Shown piece by piece: positions 9,243 to 19,905 of a DNA stretch of 64,000 nt. Made by a program: the position numbers and the translations under genes. The stretch spans positions 2,697,623 to 2,761,622 of the forward strand of contig OY282444.1 of the NCBI GenBank assembly GCA_958296125.1, in the 5' to 3' direction. Origin of the DNA: an uncultured Poribacteria bacterium (lineage in GTDB: Bacteria; Poribacteria; WGA-4E; PCPOR2b). Under the pieces are notes generated by a model. That model had not been told where the DNA came from. It saw only the letters and a list, made by a program, of their open reading frames with translations, and did no database searches. Numbering within the stretch: position 1 is the stretch's first letter; each line of letters begins with the position of its first letter.

Positions 9243-10748
9243 TTATTTCCCTTTCTTGAATATTCCGCGTATCGTTTGAATCAGGGTGCCTTCGGCAAGC
9301 CACTTGCCTGCAACGCGCCAAACAATGCTCGAAAACGTCGGATAAACGTGGATGATTCTCGCCAACTTCCGCAAGGGGATGCCGGCACTCATCGCCAAAA
9401 CAAACTCGTGGATGACTTCCCCCGCATTTGGTCCGACTAGGTGGACACCTAAGAGTTTGCCCGTCCAACGGGTCGCAACGACCTTGATGAACCCTTTCGT
9501 TTCTCCCTCAGCGACTGCGCGATCGACATCGTGTAGATCAACTCTGAAAACATCGACCGCCCCGTGCTTTTTGCGGGCTTCCGCTTTGGTGAGACCGCAC
9601 CGAGCGACCTCCGGATCGCAGAAAGTGGTCCAGGGGACGACGGAATAATCTATCGCACTAGAGCCGGGGAAGAAAATATTCCGAACAATCTGCGTCGCTT
9701 GAGAGGCCGCAACATGTGTGAAGAGGTAATGTCCAACCACATCGCCGGCAGCGTAAATATTTTCAACGGTTGTCTGCAACTTATTGTTGACCTCAACCCC
9801 CCTTTTTCCAACCTTGATGCCAATTTTCTCAAGCTCCAACCCTTCGATGTTTGGCTTCCGTCCCGCCGCAATCAGGATTCGATCGACGACGATTTCGCGC
9901 TCGTTCTCCGTATCCACTGCTTTGAGTTGGACGCGATACTCTTCCGCTGTTGAGGCGTGTTGTGGTTCCCAGATGGCTATATCCGGGTTGAGCTCTTCGC
10001 TAAGCGGGGGGGTAATCCTATCAATCTGAACGGGATTGGTATTTAAGAGGATTTCAACCCCATCTTCTCGAAGATAACTCAGCATTTTCTCGGAGACTTC
10101 GGTGTCCTCTTTCGTTAAAATCCGATCGCTGCGTTGCACAATCGTCACTTTCGCGCCCAGACGATGGAATGCCTGTCCCAACTCAACGCCGATGGGACCC
10201 GCGCCTATCACCAATAGCCGTTCGGGCAGTTGATTTAATTGCCAGACATTTTCACTGTCCAGATAATCGACGGAATCTATTCCGGGAATATGGGGGGCGG
10301 TTGGACGAGAACCTGTTGTGACGACGAATTTTTTGCTCTTGAGCGTGAGGGTTTGGTCGTTCTCCGTATCTTTAACGACGAAGGTTGTCGGCGACTCGAA
10401 ATGCCCTTCCCCGAAGATAACGTTTACGCCCATTTCACGGAAGCGTTCCGGATTATCATGCTCGTGCTCGATGGTGTGCTGGGTGCTGCGGACGTACTCC
10501 ATAACGCGTGCAAAATCCACCTGCGCGTCTTTCACGAGGACACCGTATTTTTCAGCTTCTTTGATGTAATGAGCAATCTTTGCTGACTTGAGGATGGCTT
10601 TCGATGGCACACACCCTGTCCAGAGGCAATCGCCCCCTAATCGGTGCTTCTCGACGAGGGTTGTTCTCACCCCTAGCTTCGCACCTGCCACCCCCAGAAC
10701 AAGGCCTGCGCTTCCTCCACCGATGATCGTTAGATCATATTCGTTCAT
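9243..10748 (-). CDS. FAD-dependent pyridine nucleotide-disulfide oxidoreductase (dihydrolipoamide dehydrogenase / mercuric reductase-like)
   Basis: N-terminal GxGxxG (IIGGGSAGL), redox-active disulfide GGDCLWTGCVPSK, second NAD-binding GAGPIGVE, C-terminal HVYPTFSS dimerisation motif. Confidence 0.8.
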   Translation of the reverse strand: MNEYDLTIIGGGSAGLVLGVAGAKLGVRTTLVEKHRLGGDCLWTGCVPSKAILKSAKIAHYIKEAEKYGVLVKDAQVDFARVMEYVRSTQHTIEHEHDNPERFREMGVNVIFGEGHFESPTTFVVKDTENDQTLTLKSKKFVVTTGSRPTAPHIPGIDSVDYLDSENVWQLNQLPERLLVIGAGPIGVELGQAFHRLGAKVTIVQRSDRILTKEDTEVSEKMLSYLREDGVEILLNTNPVQIDRITPPLSEELNPDIAIWEPQHASTAEEYRVQLKAVDTENEREIVVDRILIAAGRKPNIEGLELEKIGIKVGKRGVEVNNKLQTTVENIYAAGDVVGHYLFTHVAASQATQIVRNIFFPGSSAIDYSVVPWTTFCDPEVARCGLTKAEARKKHGAVDVFRVDLHDVDRAVAEGETKGFIKVVATRWTGKLLGVHLVGPNAGEVIHEFVLAMSAGIPLRKLARIIHVYPTFSSIVWRVAGKWLAEGTLIQTIRGIFKKGK

Positions 10749-11062
10749 TCGTTATCCCCCTCTTCGTTTGTGCTATGAGTATACTGCTAAGAGAAAAGTT
10801 TAACAAGTAGAGAAGATGCTTCAGATTGGGCAGACTTGGGCGTGGTTTTTCGAGATGAAGTTGTCGTTCAGACAGAGGGAGGAAAATATTAGATGGGTTG
10901 GCGAACTTTTGAACTGGCTCGCTTGGACTTCTGACATGGTCGGGAGGCTATTGTGGATTTCTTCGTCATTTTTATAGGGAGGTGCTGCTTGTGGTGAGCC
11001 ACACCCCGCTGGATGCGCCCTGACATCGAGTTATCAAGCGCATCCAGCATGTTGGTTGTGCT

Positions 11063-11545
11063 TTACATTCGACCTATAGATTTAATCCGCCCCCACAGGG
11101 CGAAGCGTTTGTCTTTCGGGTGAACTGCCACCGTGATTTCAATCGGATAGCCCGCCCTCCGCCATCTGGGAAAACCCCCTTCGAGCACTTTCACCCGCTC
11201 TGGGGGAAAACCAAACTCCTCTATTAACATTCGTGCCGCCCCGGCACTTGTGGCTTCCGCCGGTCAGCTTCAGTATAAAACAATCAGCCCATTTGCGGGA
11301 AGTGTTTGATGTCTCGATTCAATCTCATCCGGAAATGACATCGAGATAGCACCAGGAATATGTCCGACGTTGTAATCAATCTGACTACGCACATCAATTA
11401 GAGTCACATTCGCTTTGGCATCTAATAAACGTTTGAGTTCTGCCAAGGCAATCCGCTCCGGTTCAGCGGCAAATATCTGAACGAGTAATTGCGAGTAAAG
11501 GAACAACACAATTGCCCAAACAATGGCTTTGTTTAATCGTTTCAT
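11063..11545 (-). pseudogene. Periplasmic rhodanese-domain protein interrupted by tandem in-frame TGA codons at the catalytic-Cys position (pseudogene or possible Sec recoding)
   Basis: ORF 11270..11545 carries a signal peptide plus the rhodanese N-half and ends ...LIVLY. Same frame continues TGA-AGC-TGA, then PAEATSAGAARMLIEEFGFPPERVKVLEGGFPRWRRAGYPIEI, the rhodanese C-half, ending at 11063. Confidence 0.5.
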
Positions 11546-11633
11546 AAGTTAATCTCCTTGGTTGCGAATTGGCTTCAATCGTCGGTTCCTATTGCGTTGC
11601 CCTTTTGGGGCTTACGCAACCGTGAATCCCGAT

Positions 11634-13319
11634 TTAATTGAACTGCATCATCTCAACAGAGAACCACAGGGCCAAACTCCCCGTACGGTCATCATAGCCA
11701 CTTAGTGCTTCTCGAATGATGTAATCGTGTTCCGTTTCTAACGCGCCTGTCCCCGTACATCCATCAACCACATCGCCCGCTTCAGTAATCCTAGCTTTAG
11801 CCCCATTCCATAGAGCTTCTAGGGGGGGGAGATACGATTGATCCAGCAGTCCCAATTTAACCCCTCTGGCAATCCCGTAACCGATCATACAGGTGCTCGT
11901 GAGTTCTTGATAACTACCCGGTAACGTGATTACTTGGTGGTAACAACCCGATAGATTTTGGTGTTTTAACAACCCACTCAACAATTTCTCATAGGTCAAA
12001 AATATATCAGCGTGTAAGGGATGGAATTGCGGCAGATAGGTCAATGTTTCTGCAAGCCCTAAAACAGCGAATCCGTTTCCCCTGCCCCAATAAAAGGGGG
12101 TTGCTCTGTCATGCCAAAACAGGCCTGAAATCTGTTGTGTCCCCATTTCGACGAGGAAGTTGGTCAGGATATCTAGGTATTGCCCCTCTTGGGTCAACGC
12201 ATAACTCCTCCCCATCATTGACCCAAGCATGAACATATCCTCCGTTCTCCACTTCGGATCCGCCGGAGCGGGGGGATTTGCCCCACTCGAATCAAACCGA
12301 TTTGCCAGATCTAAGAGATAATTTTTGTATTTTGGGCCTTTGGTCACTCGAAACAGATCATCTGCCCATACCGCCCCGGCAAGTGAAGCGGAACCGGGGG
12401 CATCACCAAAACTGGTGGAGGGATCATCAACATAGGGATCGACAAGTTGAAAAATATCATCAGGCACGTCTTGATTCGTGTATTCTGCCAATCGAATTCT
12501 GCCGCTCACACCGACCCCTTGAATATAGTTAATCGGAGAATCTAGCTTATACCCAAACTGTGATGCTAACGCTTCGCTCACCTCTTGCGCGGTTCGATTC
12601 CTTCGTTTGCGGATGGCATCTGCGGCATGACTCGATGGAGGTTGATCCGTCGCTCTAGAATCTACCACTTTATGCAATAACTCAAGTGTCTTTGATACGA
12701 CCTGCTCCTTTGTTCCCGTTATCCTGACTCCGGGTGTCGATCCCAGATTAGATTCATGTTTCCGCCCCAACGCTCCGATTAAACTGTCGTTGGAAACAAG
12801 ACTCGCCGTATCCATATCAGTGATAAAAGCGGGAGAAGCCGCGTTGGGCGCAATCCGGATAGATTCTCCAAGAGACAACTCAATCACTAAATCCGGGGCT
12901 TGGTAGGACACCCACCGCCAGATGTATCTGCTCTCCGGTATTTCTGAATCAAAAAAGTAGTTTCCATCGGGCGGGTATCCATGCGTCAATTTCGTTTGAG
13001 CTTGAAGAGTTTGTAGATTACCTATATATGCGTCATAGTTCAAACAGGGAATATAACTGATTGATAGTGAGCTGAAATCATTAGAGTGGTCCGTAACTGT
13101 TTCAATTACGTCGAGTATTAACTGAACCTCACCATCAGTCCCGTTGACCCCTCCGATAATCAGTATTCGAGTACAATCCCCAGAAAAATCGTAAGCGTGT
13201 TTGCCGAGGATGACAGGGATTTGGTATCCATTTTTAGTTATCCCACAATAACTGATGTCCGAAGCAGCCAAATCTCGGCTTACCAAGTTGTGTATTGCCG
13301 ATTCCAATAATTTACTCAT
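11634..13319 (-). CDS. Glycoside hydrolase family 88/105-like (unsaturated glycuronyl hydrolase-like) protein with N-terminal domain of unknown function
   Basis: C-terminal half has WGRGNGFAVLGLAETL and surrounding alpha/alpha-barrel motifs typical of GH88/GH105. N-terminal ~300 aa unassigned. 4-nt overlap with the upstream PhyH gene. Confidence 0.55.
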   Translation of the reverse strand: MSKLLESAIHNLVSRDLAASDISYCGITKNGYQIPVILGKHAYDFSGDCTRILIIGGVNGTDGEVQLILDVIETVTDHSNDFSSLSISYIPCLNYDAYIGNLQTLQAQTKLTHGYPPDGNYFFDSEIPESRYIWRWVSYQAPDLVIELSLGESIRIAPNAASPAFITDMDTASLVSNDSLIGALGRKHESNLGSTPGVRITGTKEQVVSKTLELLHKVVDSRATDQPPSSHAADAIRKRRNRTAQEVSEALASQFGYKLDSPINYIQGVGVSGRIRLAEYTNQDVPDDIFQLVDPYVDDPSTSFGDAPGSASLAGAVWADDLFRVTKGPKYKNYLLDLANRFDSSGANPPAPADPKWRTEDMFMLGSMMGRSYALTQEGQYLDILTNFLVEMGTQQISGLFWHDRATPFYWGRGNGFAVLGLAETLTYLPQFHPLHADIFLTYEKLLSGLLKHQNLSGCYHQVITLPGSYQELTSTCMIGYGIARGVKLGLLDQSYLPPLEALWNGAKARITEAGDVVDGCTGTGALETEHDYIIREALSGYDDRTGSLALWFSVEMMQFN

Positions 13320-14347
13320 GCAACCTGCTCACTTTCAAATCCTTCAAACAGCGATGGGAAGAAACGATGGGGATCTCCGGGGTCACTAAAAAGGATCTCC
13401 TGACGGGGTGTCAGTTCCACATTCGCCGGTAGTTGTACACGTCGGGAGGTCCACACCATGTGCGACACACAATATTTATACAGCAGGGAGCGTCTCTCGT
13501 GCTTGCCGCGCCACGCTGCCGTTCCATGCGTCAGTGCCTCGGTAAATAGAATCACTGAACCGGCTGGCGCACTTGGGATAATCACGCACGGTGCATCTTC
13601 GGGAGACTGGTTTATCTGTTGAGGCAACTTAAAATTGCTTTTGTGGCTGCCGGGTATACAACAAAATCCACCATAGTCGGGCCCTGTGTCGGACAGCACC
13701 CATGTCACCACGACAAACCCGTTGGTGACTTGGTTGTCGCGGAAAGGGTAGTATTCCCCCGGTTGAGCACCAGAGGTTGAGGAGGTGGCACCGTAATCGG
13801 CGTGCAGGTGCCCCTTTGGCATCCCCTCACGCATATACATCCCGTAAATCCGATCCAGGCGAAAGCAGTCGCCCAACCGGAATCGAAGAATCGGCATAAT
13901 CTTTTGATGGGTCAGCAACTCGCAGAACGGTTTTCCCCATTCGAGAAATCCCGATCCGTCTGGTGCACTGCCAAATCTTTGAACCTTTCCCGGTGTGGGT
14001 AATTCTTGCTGGTCGATCAGCCGGTTGAGTGTTGCGAGTTCTTCTGGACTCAAGACATTTTCAATCACCAAGTAGCCTTGTAAATCGAATAGATACTGCT
14101 GCAGTTCAATATCATTCATAACGTTGTTCGCCTGTTGTCCCTGAGTTTCAAGCGGCTTCTCAAGGAGGGTGTTGTAATAGCTTGACTCTGTCACATTGAT
14201 TAGTGGCTTTTCAAAGATTTCTATCGTTCGTTTTTGTAATTCTTCCTTTTTTAGCTTTAAGTAATTAACGTGCTCAACACCCGCTGACACACCGGCATGT
14301 GCGGCAGACCCCCGTCGACGAGTCGCACTGTCGTGTTTGCCCCTCAC
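13316..14347 (-). CDS. Phytanoyl-CoA dioxygenase (PhyH) family Fe(II)/2OG oxygenase
   Basis: PhyH-like N-terminus (LQQYLFDLQGYLVIENVLS) and His/Asp...His iron triad region (HADYG...HGT). True start may be the internal Met at 14119. Confidence 0.75.
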   Translation of the reverse strand: MRGKHDSATRRRGSAAHAGVSAGVEHVNYLKLKKEELQKRTIEIFEKPLINVTESSYYNTLLEKPLETQGQQANNVMNDIELQQYLFDLQGYLVIENVLSPEELATLNRLIDQQELPTPGKVQRFGSAPDGSGFLEWGKPFCELLTHQKIMPILRFRLGDCFRLDRIYGMYMREGMPKGHLHADYGATSSTSGAQPGEYYPFRDNQVTNGFVVVTWVLSDTGPDYGGFCCIPGSHKSNFKLPQQINQSPEDAPCVIIPSAPAGSVILFTEALTHGTAAWRGKHERRSLLYKYCVSHMVWTSRRVQLPANVELTPRQEILFSDPGDPHRFFPSLFEGFESEQVA

Positions 14348-14362
14348 GGATTTTCACCATGC

Positions 14363-14587
14363 TCATTCCTTTAGCTCATTCGCTTTGAGCGCGGTAAATT
14401 CGCTCTCGGCATCCTCAACGAAAACCCCGAAGCGTCCTTCCTTATAGTCGTGAACAGCATGCGAGATTACTAGCTTGTCGTTCAGGTAAACGTCTAAGAT
14501 GTGCCTGTGGAGCAGGCCTTTTAAAGCCAGGGGCCGATTATAGTCAACATCGGGCGTAAGCTTCATCGCCATCGAGCGGGAGACCAC
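14363..14587 (-). pseudogene. Orphan fragment resembling the C-terminal beta-sandwich of GH32/GH43-type hydrolases
   Basis: 74-aa ORF (HILDVYLNDKLVISHAVHDYKEGRFGVFVEDAESEF) resembles the terminal strands of GH32/43 accessory beta-sandwich; no upstream catalytic domain present. Confidence 0.3.
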
Positions 14588-14693
14588 CCATGGCCTAGGG
14601 GAGTGCCACAGCGAGATGACACCGTTCCCAGGCTCTAAACGCAGGAAGTAACCCCCGCGCCCCTCGCATTGTCCACGTTTCCTGTTTCCCGTT

Positions 14694-15494
14694 TCACATA
14701 ATTGATCGAAGATAGTTCAAAGCTTTCCGCATCGATTCCACTCGATCGGACTCACCCTCGTAAACCACTGACAGGCAGCCGTTATAACCGATTCCGCGCA
14801 GAATATCAAGGATGCGCGGATAGTCAAGCCACTCCTCCACGCCACTGTCTATCTGATAAAACTTCGTGCGAGTGTACACGGCATAAGGGGCTGTCTGTGC
14901 GATACTATCGTAGCAGTCGTAATTCGGGTGAGCTGACCCCCGGTGGCCACTCGCGCCGGGCGAACCCGCGTACTGTCCGGTATCGACGATGTGTGTGAAG
15001 TACGGGTGATCCGTTTCACGAAGAGCGCGAAGCAGATCCGCGCCGGTACGGGTGACATTGTTGTGATTGTGATTCTGTAGGCCGACGAGGATTCCTTTTT
15101 CGTAGCCGTACGCTGCAACTTCCTTGAACCCGGCAATCATCGGTGGCCAGAGTGCCGCCTCATCTTCGTGCTCTTCCCGGAGGTATGCGGCAAAGACGCG
15201 AACCAATGGACAACTCATGAAATCCGCGACATCGATCCACTTCTTAATTAATGCAATCTGCTCCGGATGCTCCTCAACCGGCTGTCCAAAATCGTTGCTG
15301 ATTCCGATGTATCCGAGTGGCAACCCCTTTTTCATCAGGTCTTTTTTGACTGCTCGCAGATAATCAATGTCGGTAGATTCAAACGCGCTCGAATGCAACT
15401 CAATCATGTCATATCCCAGGTCATAGACAATTTGTGCAAAGGCGGTGGCGGTTGTGTTCCTGACATTCAAAGACATGGCACCGATTTTCATCAT
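14694..15494 (-). CDS. Sugar phosphate isomerase/epimerase (xylose isomerase-like TIM barrel)
   Basis: 266 aa with AP-endonuclease-2/xylose-isomerase-like TIM barrel pattern (conserved E/H/D metal residues; LVGLQNHNHN). Confidence 0.8.
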   Translation of the reverse strand: MMKIGAMSLNVRNTTATAFAQIVYDLGYDMIELHSSAFESTDIDYLRAVKKDLMKKGLPLGYIGISNDFGQPVEEHPEQIALIKKWIDVADFMSCPLVRVFAAYLREEHEDEAALWPPMIAGFKEVAAYGYEKGILVGLQNHNHNNVTRTGADLLRALRETDHPYFTHIVDTGQYAGSPGASGHRGSAHPNYDCYDSIAQTAPYAVYTRTKFYQIDSGVEEWLDYPRILDILRGIGYNGCLSVVYEGESDRVESMRKALNYLRSIM

Positions 15495-15781
15495 GGCAAC
15501 TGCTCCGTATCTAGAAAACAGATTTTCAATAATAAATTTTCATGTTAGTGCCGAGTTTAGCACAGAAGATTCACTCCGTCAAGTCCAAAAGTAAATTGGC
15601 ACACCTTTCGTTTGACAACCGGATCACAAGCGATTTGATGCCGGTTAAGAACCCTCATCCACACACACAAATTTTGTTGAGTTGCGATTCCAAACGTGGT
15701 AAGATACCCTTCGGTTGGCTTTGAGGGTTGCAGCGAGCGACTGCGAAATTTTAATGCAATATAAGAAAGGGAGAAATAACC

Positions 15782-16624
15782 ATGCGTATTGCTCATGTCC
15801 ATCGGGATGAATTGAGTATGGGAGAAAGCGTTCATGGCGGGGCAGGTCATCTTTTGTTTAAGAGTCTCTGGGGCGAGGGGGATTTTGAGACACCGTGGTG
15901 GTTTGTCCATTTCGCGATTTTGCCGCCCGGCGGCGGGATTGGTCATCACCGCCACGATGAGTGTGAGGAGATGTTCACGATTTTGGACAACGCGGCGCAG
16001 TTCACCCACAATGGCCGAACAACAGAGGTGGTTGGGGGGGCGACTGTGCCTTGCCGGAAAGGGGAATCGCACGCGATCTACAATCATACGGACAAAGAGA
16101 CGCGATTCATGAATTTCTGTGTCGCAAATCCGGGGGGCGGATATGACTGCACAGACTTTGGGGAGACGCGGGTTGGTGCTTCATTGGAGGCAGTTGATAG
16201 ACTTCCCGTTGGGCGGCTTGACCGCAATCTACTAACGTTCCTCCCAAACGTCCACGAAGGTGCAGGGGGAGTAGGCGTGAGACAAGTTTGGGGGTATCAG
16301 GATTTCCGAACAAATTGGGGATTCGTCACTCACTGCGTGGTCCCACCCGGTGCGTCGATCGGCTATCACCGCCACGACGTGATAGAAGAGACCTATATCA
16401 TCATGGCGGGCAGCGGTCGAATGACGGTGGATAACGAAACGGAGGAGGTGCATGTGGGTGATGCCATACCAAACAAGCTGGGGGGATCGCACGGTATTTA
16501 CAACCACACGCAGGTGGAACACTCTCGGGACGGAGAGAACTTGGAAATACTCGTGATGGCTGTCTGCATGGAGCCGGGGCAGTTTGATACCCACGACTTA
16601 GGGGACGATTTGACTGAGCGATAG
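15782..16624 (+). CDS. Bicupin (two cupin_2 domains)
   Basis: Two repeated HHRHDxxEExF/Y...G(E)SH(A/G)IYNHT modules within 280 aa. Confidence 0.7.
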   Translation: MRIAHVHRDELSMGESVHGGAGHLLFKSLWGEGDFETPWWFVHFAILPPGGGIGHHRHDECEEMFTILDNAAQFTHNGRTTEVVGGATVPCRKGESHAIYNHTDKETRFMNFCVANPGGGYDCTDFGETRVGASLEAVDRLPVGRLDRNLLTFLPNVHEGAGGVGVRQVWGYQDFRTNWGFVTHCVVPPGASIGYHRHDVIEETYIIMAGSGRMTVDNETEEVHVGDAIPNKLGGSHGIYNHTQVEHSRDGENLEILVMAVCMEPGQFDTHDLGDDLTER

Positions 16625-16720
16625 TAACCAATGCTGCTAGTTTGCAACCGTTAATAAGATGAAACGTGATCGGTTTCTGTTGCACGATTTCTTAACATGA
16701 GCCAAGATTGAAAGGAGCAA

Positions 16721-17464
16721 TTGATGGGACAACTTGAGAATAAAACTGCCATTGTCACCGGTGCGAGCCAAGGCATCGGCAGAGCGATTGCGCTAGCATT
16801 CGGGCGGGAAGGTGCCAACGTCGTCGCTACTGCCCGCACGACAGCGGCAATTGAAGCGGTGGTCGCTCAGGTCGAGGAGGCGGGTTCGGCAGGGTTGGCG
16901 GTGACTGCGGATTTGAGCGTTGAACGAGATATCCAACGCATTGCCGATGAAACGGTGGCAAAATTTGGAGGGGTTGATATCTTGGTCAACAACGCTGCCA
17001 TCATCCATCCTCCCATAGATCTGGTGGACTTAGACGCGGATTTATGGCGGCAGGTCATGGATGTGAACCTAACCGCCGCTGCATTGCTCACAAAGTTCGC
17101 CCTACCGAGCATGATCGAAAACCGATACGGCAAAATCATCAACATCTCAAGCATTGGTGGGCGCAAAGGGGGAAAAGGTCGTACTGCCTATCGAGTGACG
17201 AAAGCTGCGTTGATTAGCCTGACGGAGAGTGTTGCAGCCGAGGTCAAGCAGCACGGTGTTGATGTCAACTGCATCTGCCCCGGCGGAGTTGACACAGAGG
17301 GTTTCCGCGAGGCATTTGGGAGCGGGGGCAGAGAGGATAATCCGAAATTGATGCTGCCCGAAGAGATTGCGGCACTCGCGGTTTTCCTAGCCTCGGACAT
17401 AAGTTCGGCGGTTACGGGGACGGCGGTAGACGCATTTGGTACGACCAATCCGCTATTTGGATAA
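16721..17464 (+). CDS. SDR family oxidoreductase
   Basis: TGASQGIGRAIA Rossmann motif, NNAA, and the catalytic YxxxK region. Confidence 0.85.
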   Translation: MMGQLENKTAIVTGASQGIGRAIALAFGREGANVVATARTTAAIEAVVAQVEEAGSAGLAVTADLSVERDIQRIADETVAKFGGVDILVNNAAIIHPPIDLVDLDADLWRQVMDVNLTAAALLTKFALPSMIENRYGKIINISSIGGRKGGKGRTAYRVTKAALISLTESVAAEVKQHGVDVNCICPGGVDTEGFREAFGSGGREDNPKLMLPEEIAALAVFLASDISSAVTGTAVDAFGTTNPLFG

Positions 17465-17470
17465 CGGGTG

Positions 17471-18811
17471 TCAAAGCTCGGCTTCCAATTGACTCAACCC
17501 CTCATCAATGATGGTGATTACCTCATCGATTTGGCTGCGCGTGATGATGAGCGGCGGATAAAAACGTAAATCATCACCGTTCACCCAATCCGCTACACCG
17601 CCGGCACTCCCCACAGAAAGCCCCTTGTCCAGCAGAATCTTGTTGAGACGTTTGTGAAAGCCAAGCGATGCGGGGAAGGGTTCCTTCGTCTCTTTGTCGC
17701 GTACCAGTTCGATACCGAGAATCAGTCCGAGCCCCCGAATCTCGCCGACGCTTGGGTGGGTGTCTAACGCGCTTGCCTTTTGTAGTAGATACTCGCCCAT
17801 CTGCGCGGTATGCTCAAGAATCCCTTCCTCCTCGATGATGTCCAGCACCTCCAGTCCAACCCGCATTGCTATGGGATTATTGACATAGGTGAAGACGTGG
17901 GCGAAGGGTGCGCCGCCCGCAGCAAAAGTATCACGAATACTGTCCCGAATAATTACGCCACTCAAAGGAGAATAGCCACTACTGGCTGCCTTTCCAAAGA
18001 CAATCATATCCGGAACAACATTCCAGTGCTCAATGGCGAAATATCTGCCGCTGCGCCCGAAGCCGGTGATGATTTCATCTGCAATAAATAGAACATCATA
18101 TTTATCGCAGATTTCGCGGACGAGTGGGTAGTAATCCTTGGGCGGTATCGCCGCAGCAACCCCGCCGAGCACCAACGGTTCCGCCACGAAGGCCGCCACA
18201 TTCTCCGGACCGGTCTGCAAGATCATCTGCTCCAGTTCATGGGCACAGGTCAGGTTGCATTTTCCTTCACATCCCGCAAACGCGCAGCGATATGGATAAC
18301 AAGGCGCGATATGCGGAAAATTGGGAAGCAAAGGCGCGAAAGGAGCGCGCATCCCCGGTGCCCCTGTGACTCCCAAAGCGCCAAGTGTCGCGCCGTGGTA
18401 GCCGCGCCAGCGGGCAATGACTTGGTGCTTCTGTCCCTTCCCACGCTGTATATGGTATTGCCGGGCAATCTTGATCGCGGTTTCAATCCCCTCCGAACCG
18501 CCCGAAACAAAGTAAGCGTGGTTCAGGTCGCCGGGGGCTATTGCGGCAATCCGATCGGCTAAGTCGAGTGCCGGTTGGGTCGTAAAATGGGTAGCGAAGC
18601 AATAGGCGAGTGTCTTGCCTTGCTCTGCCATCACATCCGCTATACGCTGCTGTCCGTGTCCCAAGGTGACATTACTCGCACCGGCGGCACCGTCGATGTA
18701 GCGTTTACCCGTTTCATCATAGAGGTAGATCCCCTCCCCGCGCACCAGTAGGGGATAATTGTAACTCAAATCGCGGTGGAACAGCGCGTTTTTTGTATCG
18801 GTATTTGACAT
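17471..18811 (-). CDS. Class III (omega) aminotransferase, PLP-dependent
   Basis: LLVRGEGIYLYDETGKRYIDGAAG... characteristic class-III AT N-terminus, with the PLP-lysine region. Start chosen at ATG 18811 after GGAGACAGC RBS; the longer ORF reaches 18853. Confidence 0.8.
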   Translation of the reverse strand: MSNTDTKNALFHRDLSYNYPLLVRGEGIYLYDETGKRYIDGAAGASNVTLGHGQQRIADVMAEQGKTLAYCFATHFTTQPALDLADRIAAIAPGDLNHAYFVSGGSEGIETAIKIARQYHIQRGKGQKHQVIARWRGYHGATLGALGVTGAPGMRAPFAPLLPNFPHIAPCYPYRCAFAGCEGKCNLTCAHELEQMILQTGPENVAAFVAEPLVLGGVAAAIPPKDYYPLVREICDKYDVLFIADEIITGFGRSGRYFAIEHWNVVPDMIVFGKAASSGYSPLSGVIIRDSIRDTFAAGGAPFAHVFTYVNNPIAMRVGLEVLDIIEEEGILEHTAQMGEYLLQKASALDTHPSVGEIRGLGLILGIELVRDKETKEPFPASLGFHKRLNKILLDKGLSVGSAGGVADWVNGDDLRFYPPLIITRSQIDEVITIIDEGLSQLEAEL

Positions 18812-18879
18812 TTTGCTGTCTCCCAAAGTCAAATCAGGATTTACAAGATTCAAGGATTTTCAGGATTACGAGAAGCAAC

Positions 18880-19905
18880 TTAGAACCCTGAGATGAATTG
18901 CCCAAATTGTTCCTTCCATCTTGCTGCCAACCCTAACTCGTCCTCCCGATATTCATAGCCCTCTGAATTATCGCCTTTGTATTGTTCTCGATACCAGTCT
19001 ACAGTCGTATGAATCCATTCTGCTACGGGTGTGGTGCTGAAACCGAACTCACGCTCGGCTTTGGACAGGTTGTAGATGTATGAAACAGATCGACTCATCG
19101 GCGGGGCGTAGGCGTTCAGGTGAGGCTGCTTGTGGATAATTTCGCTTGGAACATAGGTAATCTGGCATTCGTGACCCGCTACCTCCCAAATCAAATCTGC
19201 CCAATGCTCAATGGTCATTATCTCTTGCATGGCGATGTGATACGTCTGGTTGGCGGTTCCCGACACATCAAGGACACGGATGAAAGCCCCCGCAGCATCA
19301 GCAGAATATAGGGTGCGGAACAGTCCACGATTTTCTAGCGGCATGACCACACCGCGTCCGTCCAATGCCCGTTGGACCCACCACCACATCCGGCCGGTCG
19401 GGTCGTCCCAGCCCATAACTGCCGGAATACGGATAATTGTGTACGGAATGTTGCTGTGTTCTTGGATCCATTTTTCGCAGTGTCGTTTACCGACACCGTA
19501 AGGGTCTTCTCCTGCAGGGTAGGTATAGTCAAGCGATGACCAATCCACGACCGACTCTTGGAATGTGCAGTGTTTGGAAAAGTCTACCGCTCCTTCCAAA
19601 TATACCGATCCGGTGCTGACCATGACGTAACGCCCCACATTTCCATCGAATGCCCCCGCCACAGATTCGACATCTTCCTTACGGTAAGCTTGCGTATCAA
19701 TGACCGCATCAAAAGATTTCCCTTTCAGCTTTGCTGCAAAATCTGCCCGATCTTCACGGTCTCCCTGAATATGGTCAACCTGATCCCACCATTCGGGTTG
19801 GGTACTCCCTCTGGAAAAGATGGTGACCTTGTCTCCGCGCTCAAGCAGTTTTTGCACAACAATCCGACCCATATATCGTGTGCCACCGATAATAAGAACG
19901 TCCAT
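18880..19905 (-). CDS. NAD-dependent epimerase/dehydratase (extended SDR)
   Basis: MDVLIIGGTRYMGRIVVQKLLERGDKVTIFSRG Rossmann N-terminus; 341 aa. Confidence 0.75.
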   Translation of the reverse strand: MDVLIIGGTRYMGRIVVQKLLERGDKVTIFSRGSTQPEWWDQVDHIQGDREDRADFAAKLKGKSFDAVIDTQAYRKEDVESVAGAFDGNVGRYVMVSTGSVYLEGAVDFSKHCTFQESVVDWSSLDYTYPAGEDPYGVGKRHCEKWIQEHSNIPYTIIRIPAVMGWDDPTGRMWWWVQRALDGRGVVMPLENRGLFRTLYSADAAGAFIRVLDVSGTANQTYHIAMQEIMTIEHWADLIWEVAGHECQITYVPSEIIHKQPHLNAYAPPMSRSVSYIYNLSKAEREFGFSTTPVAEWIHTTVDWYREQYKGDNSEGYEYREDELGLAARWKEQFGQFISGF

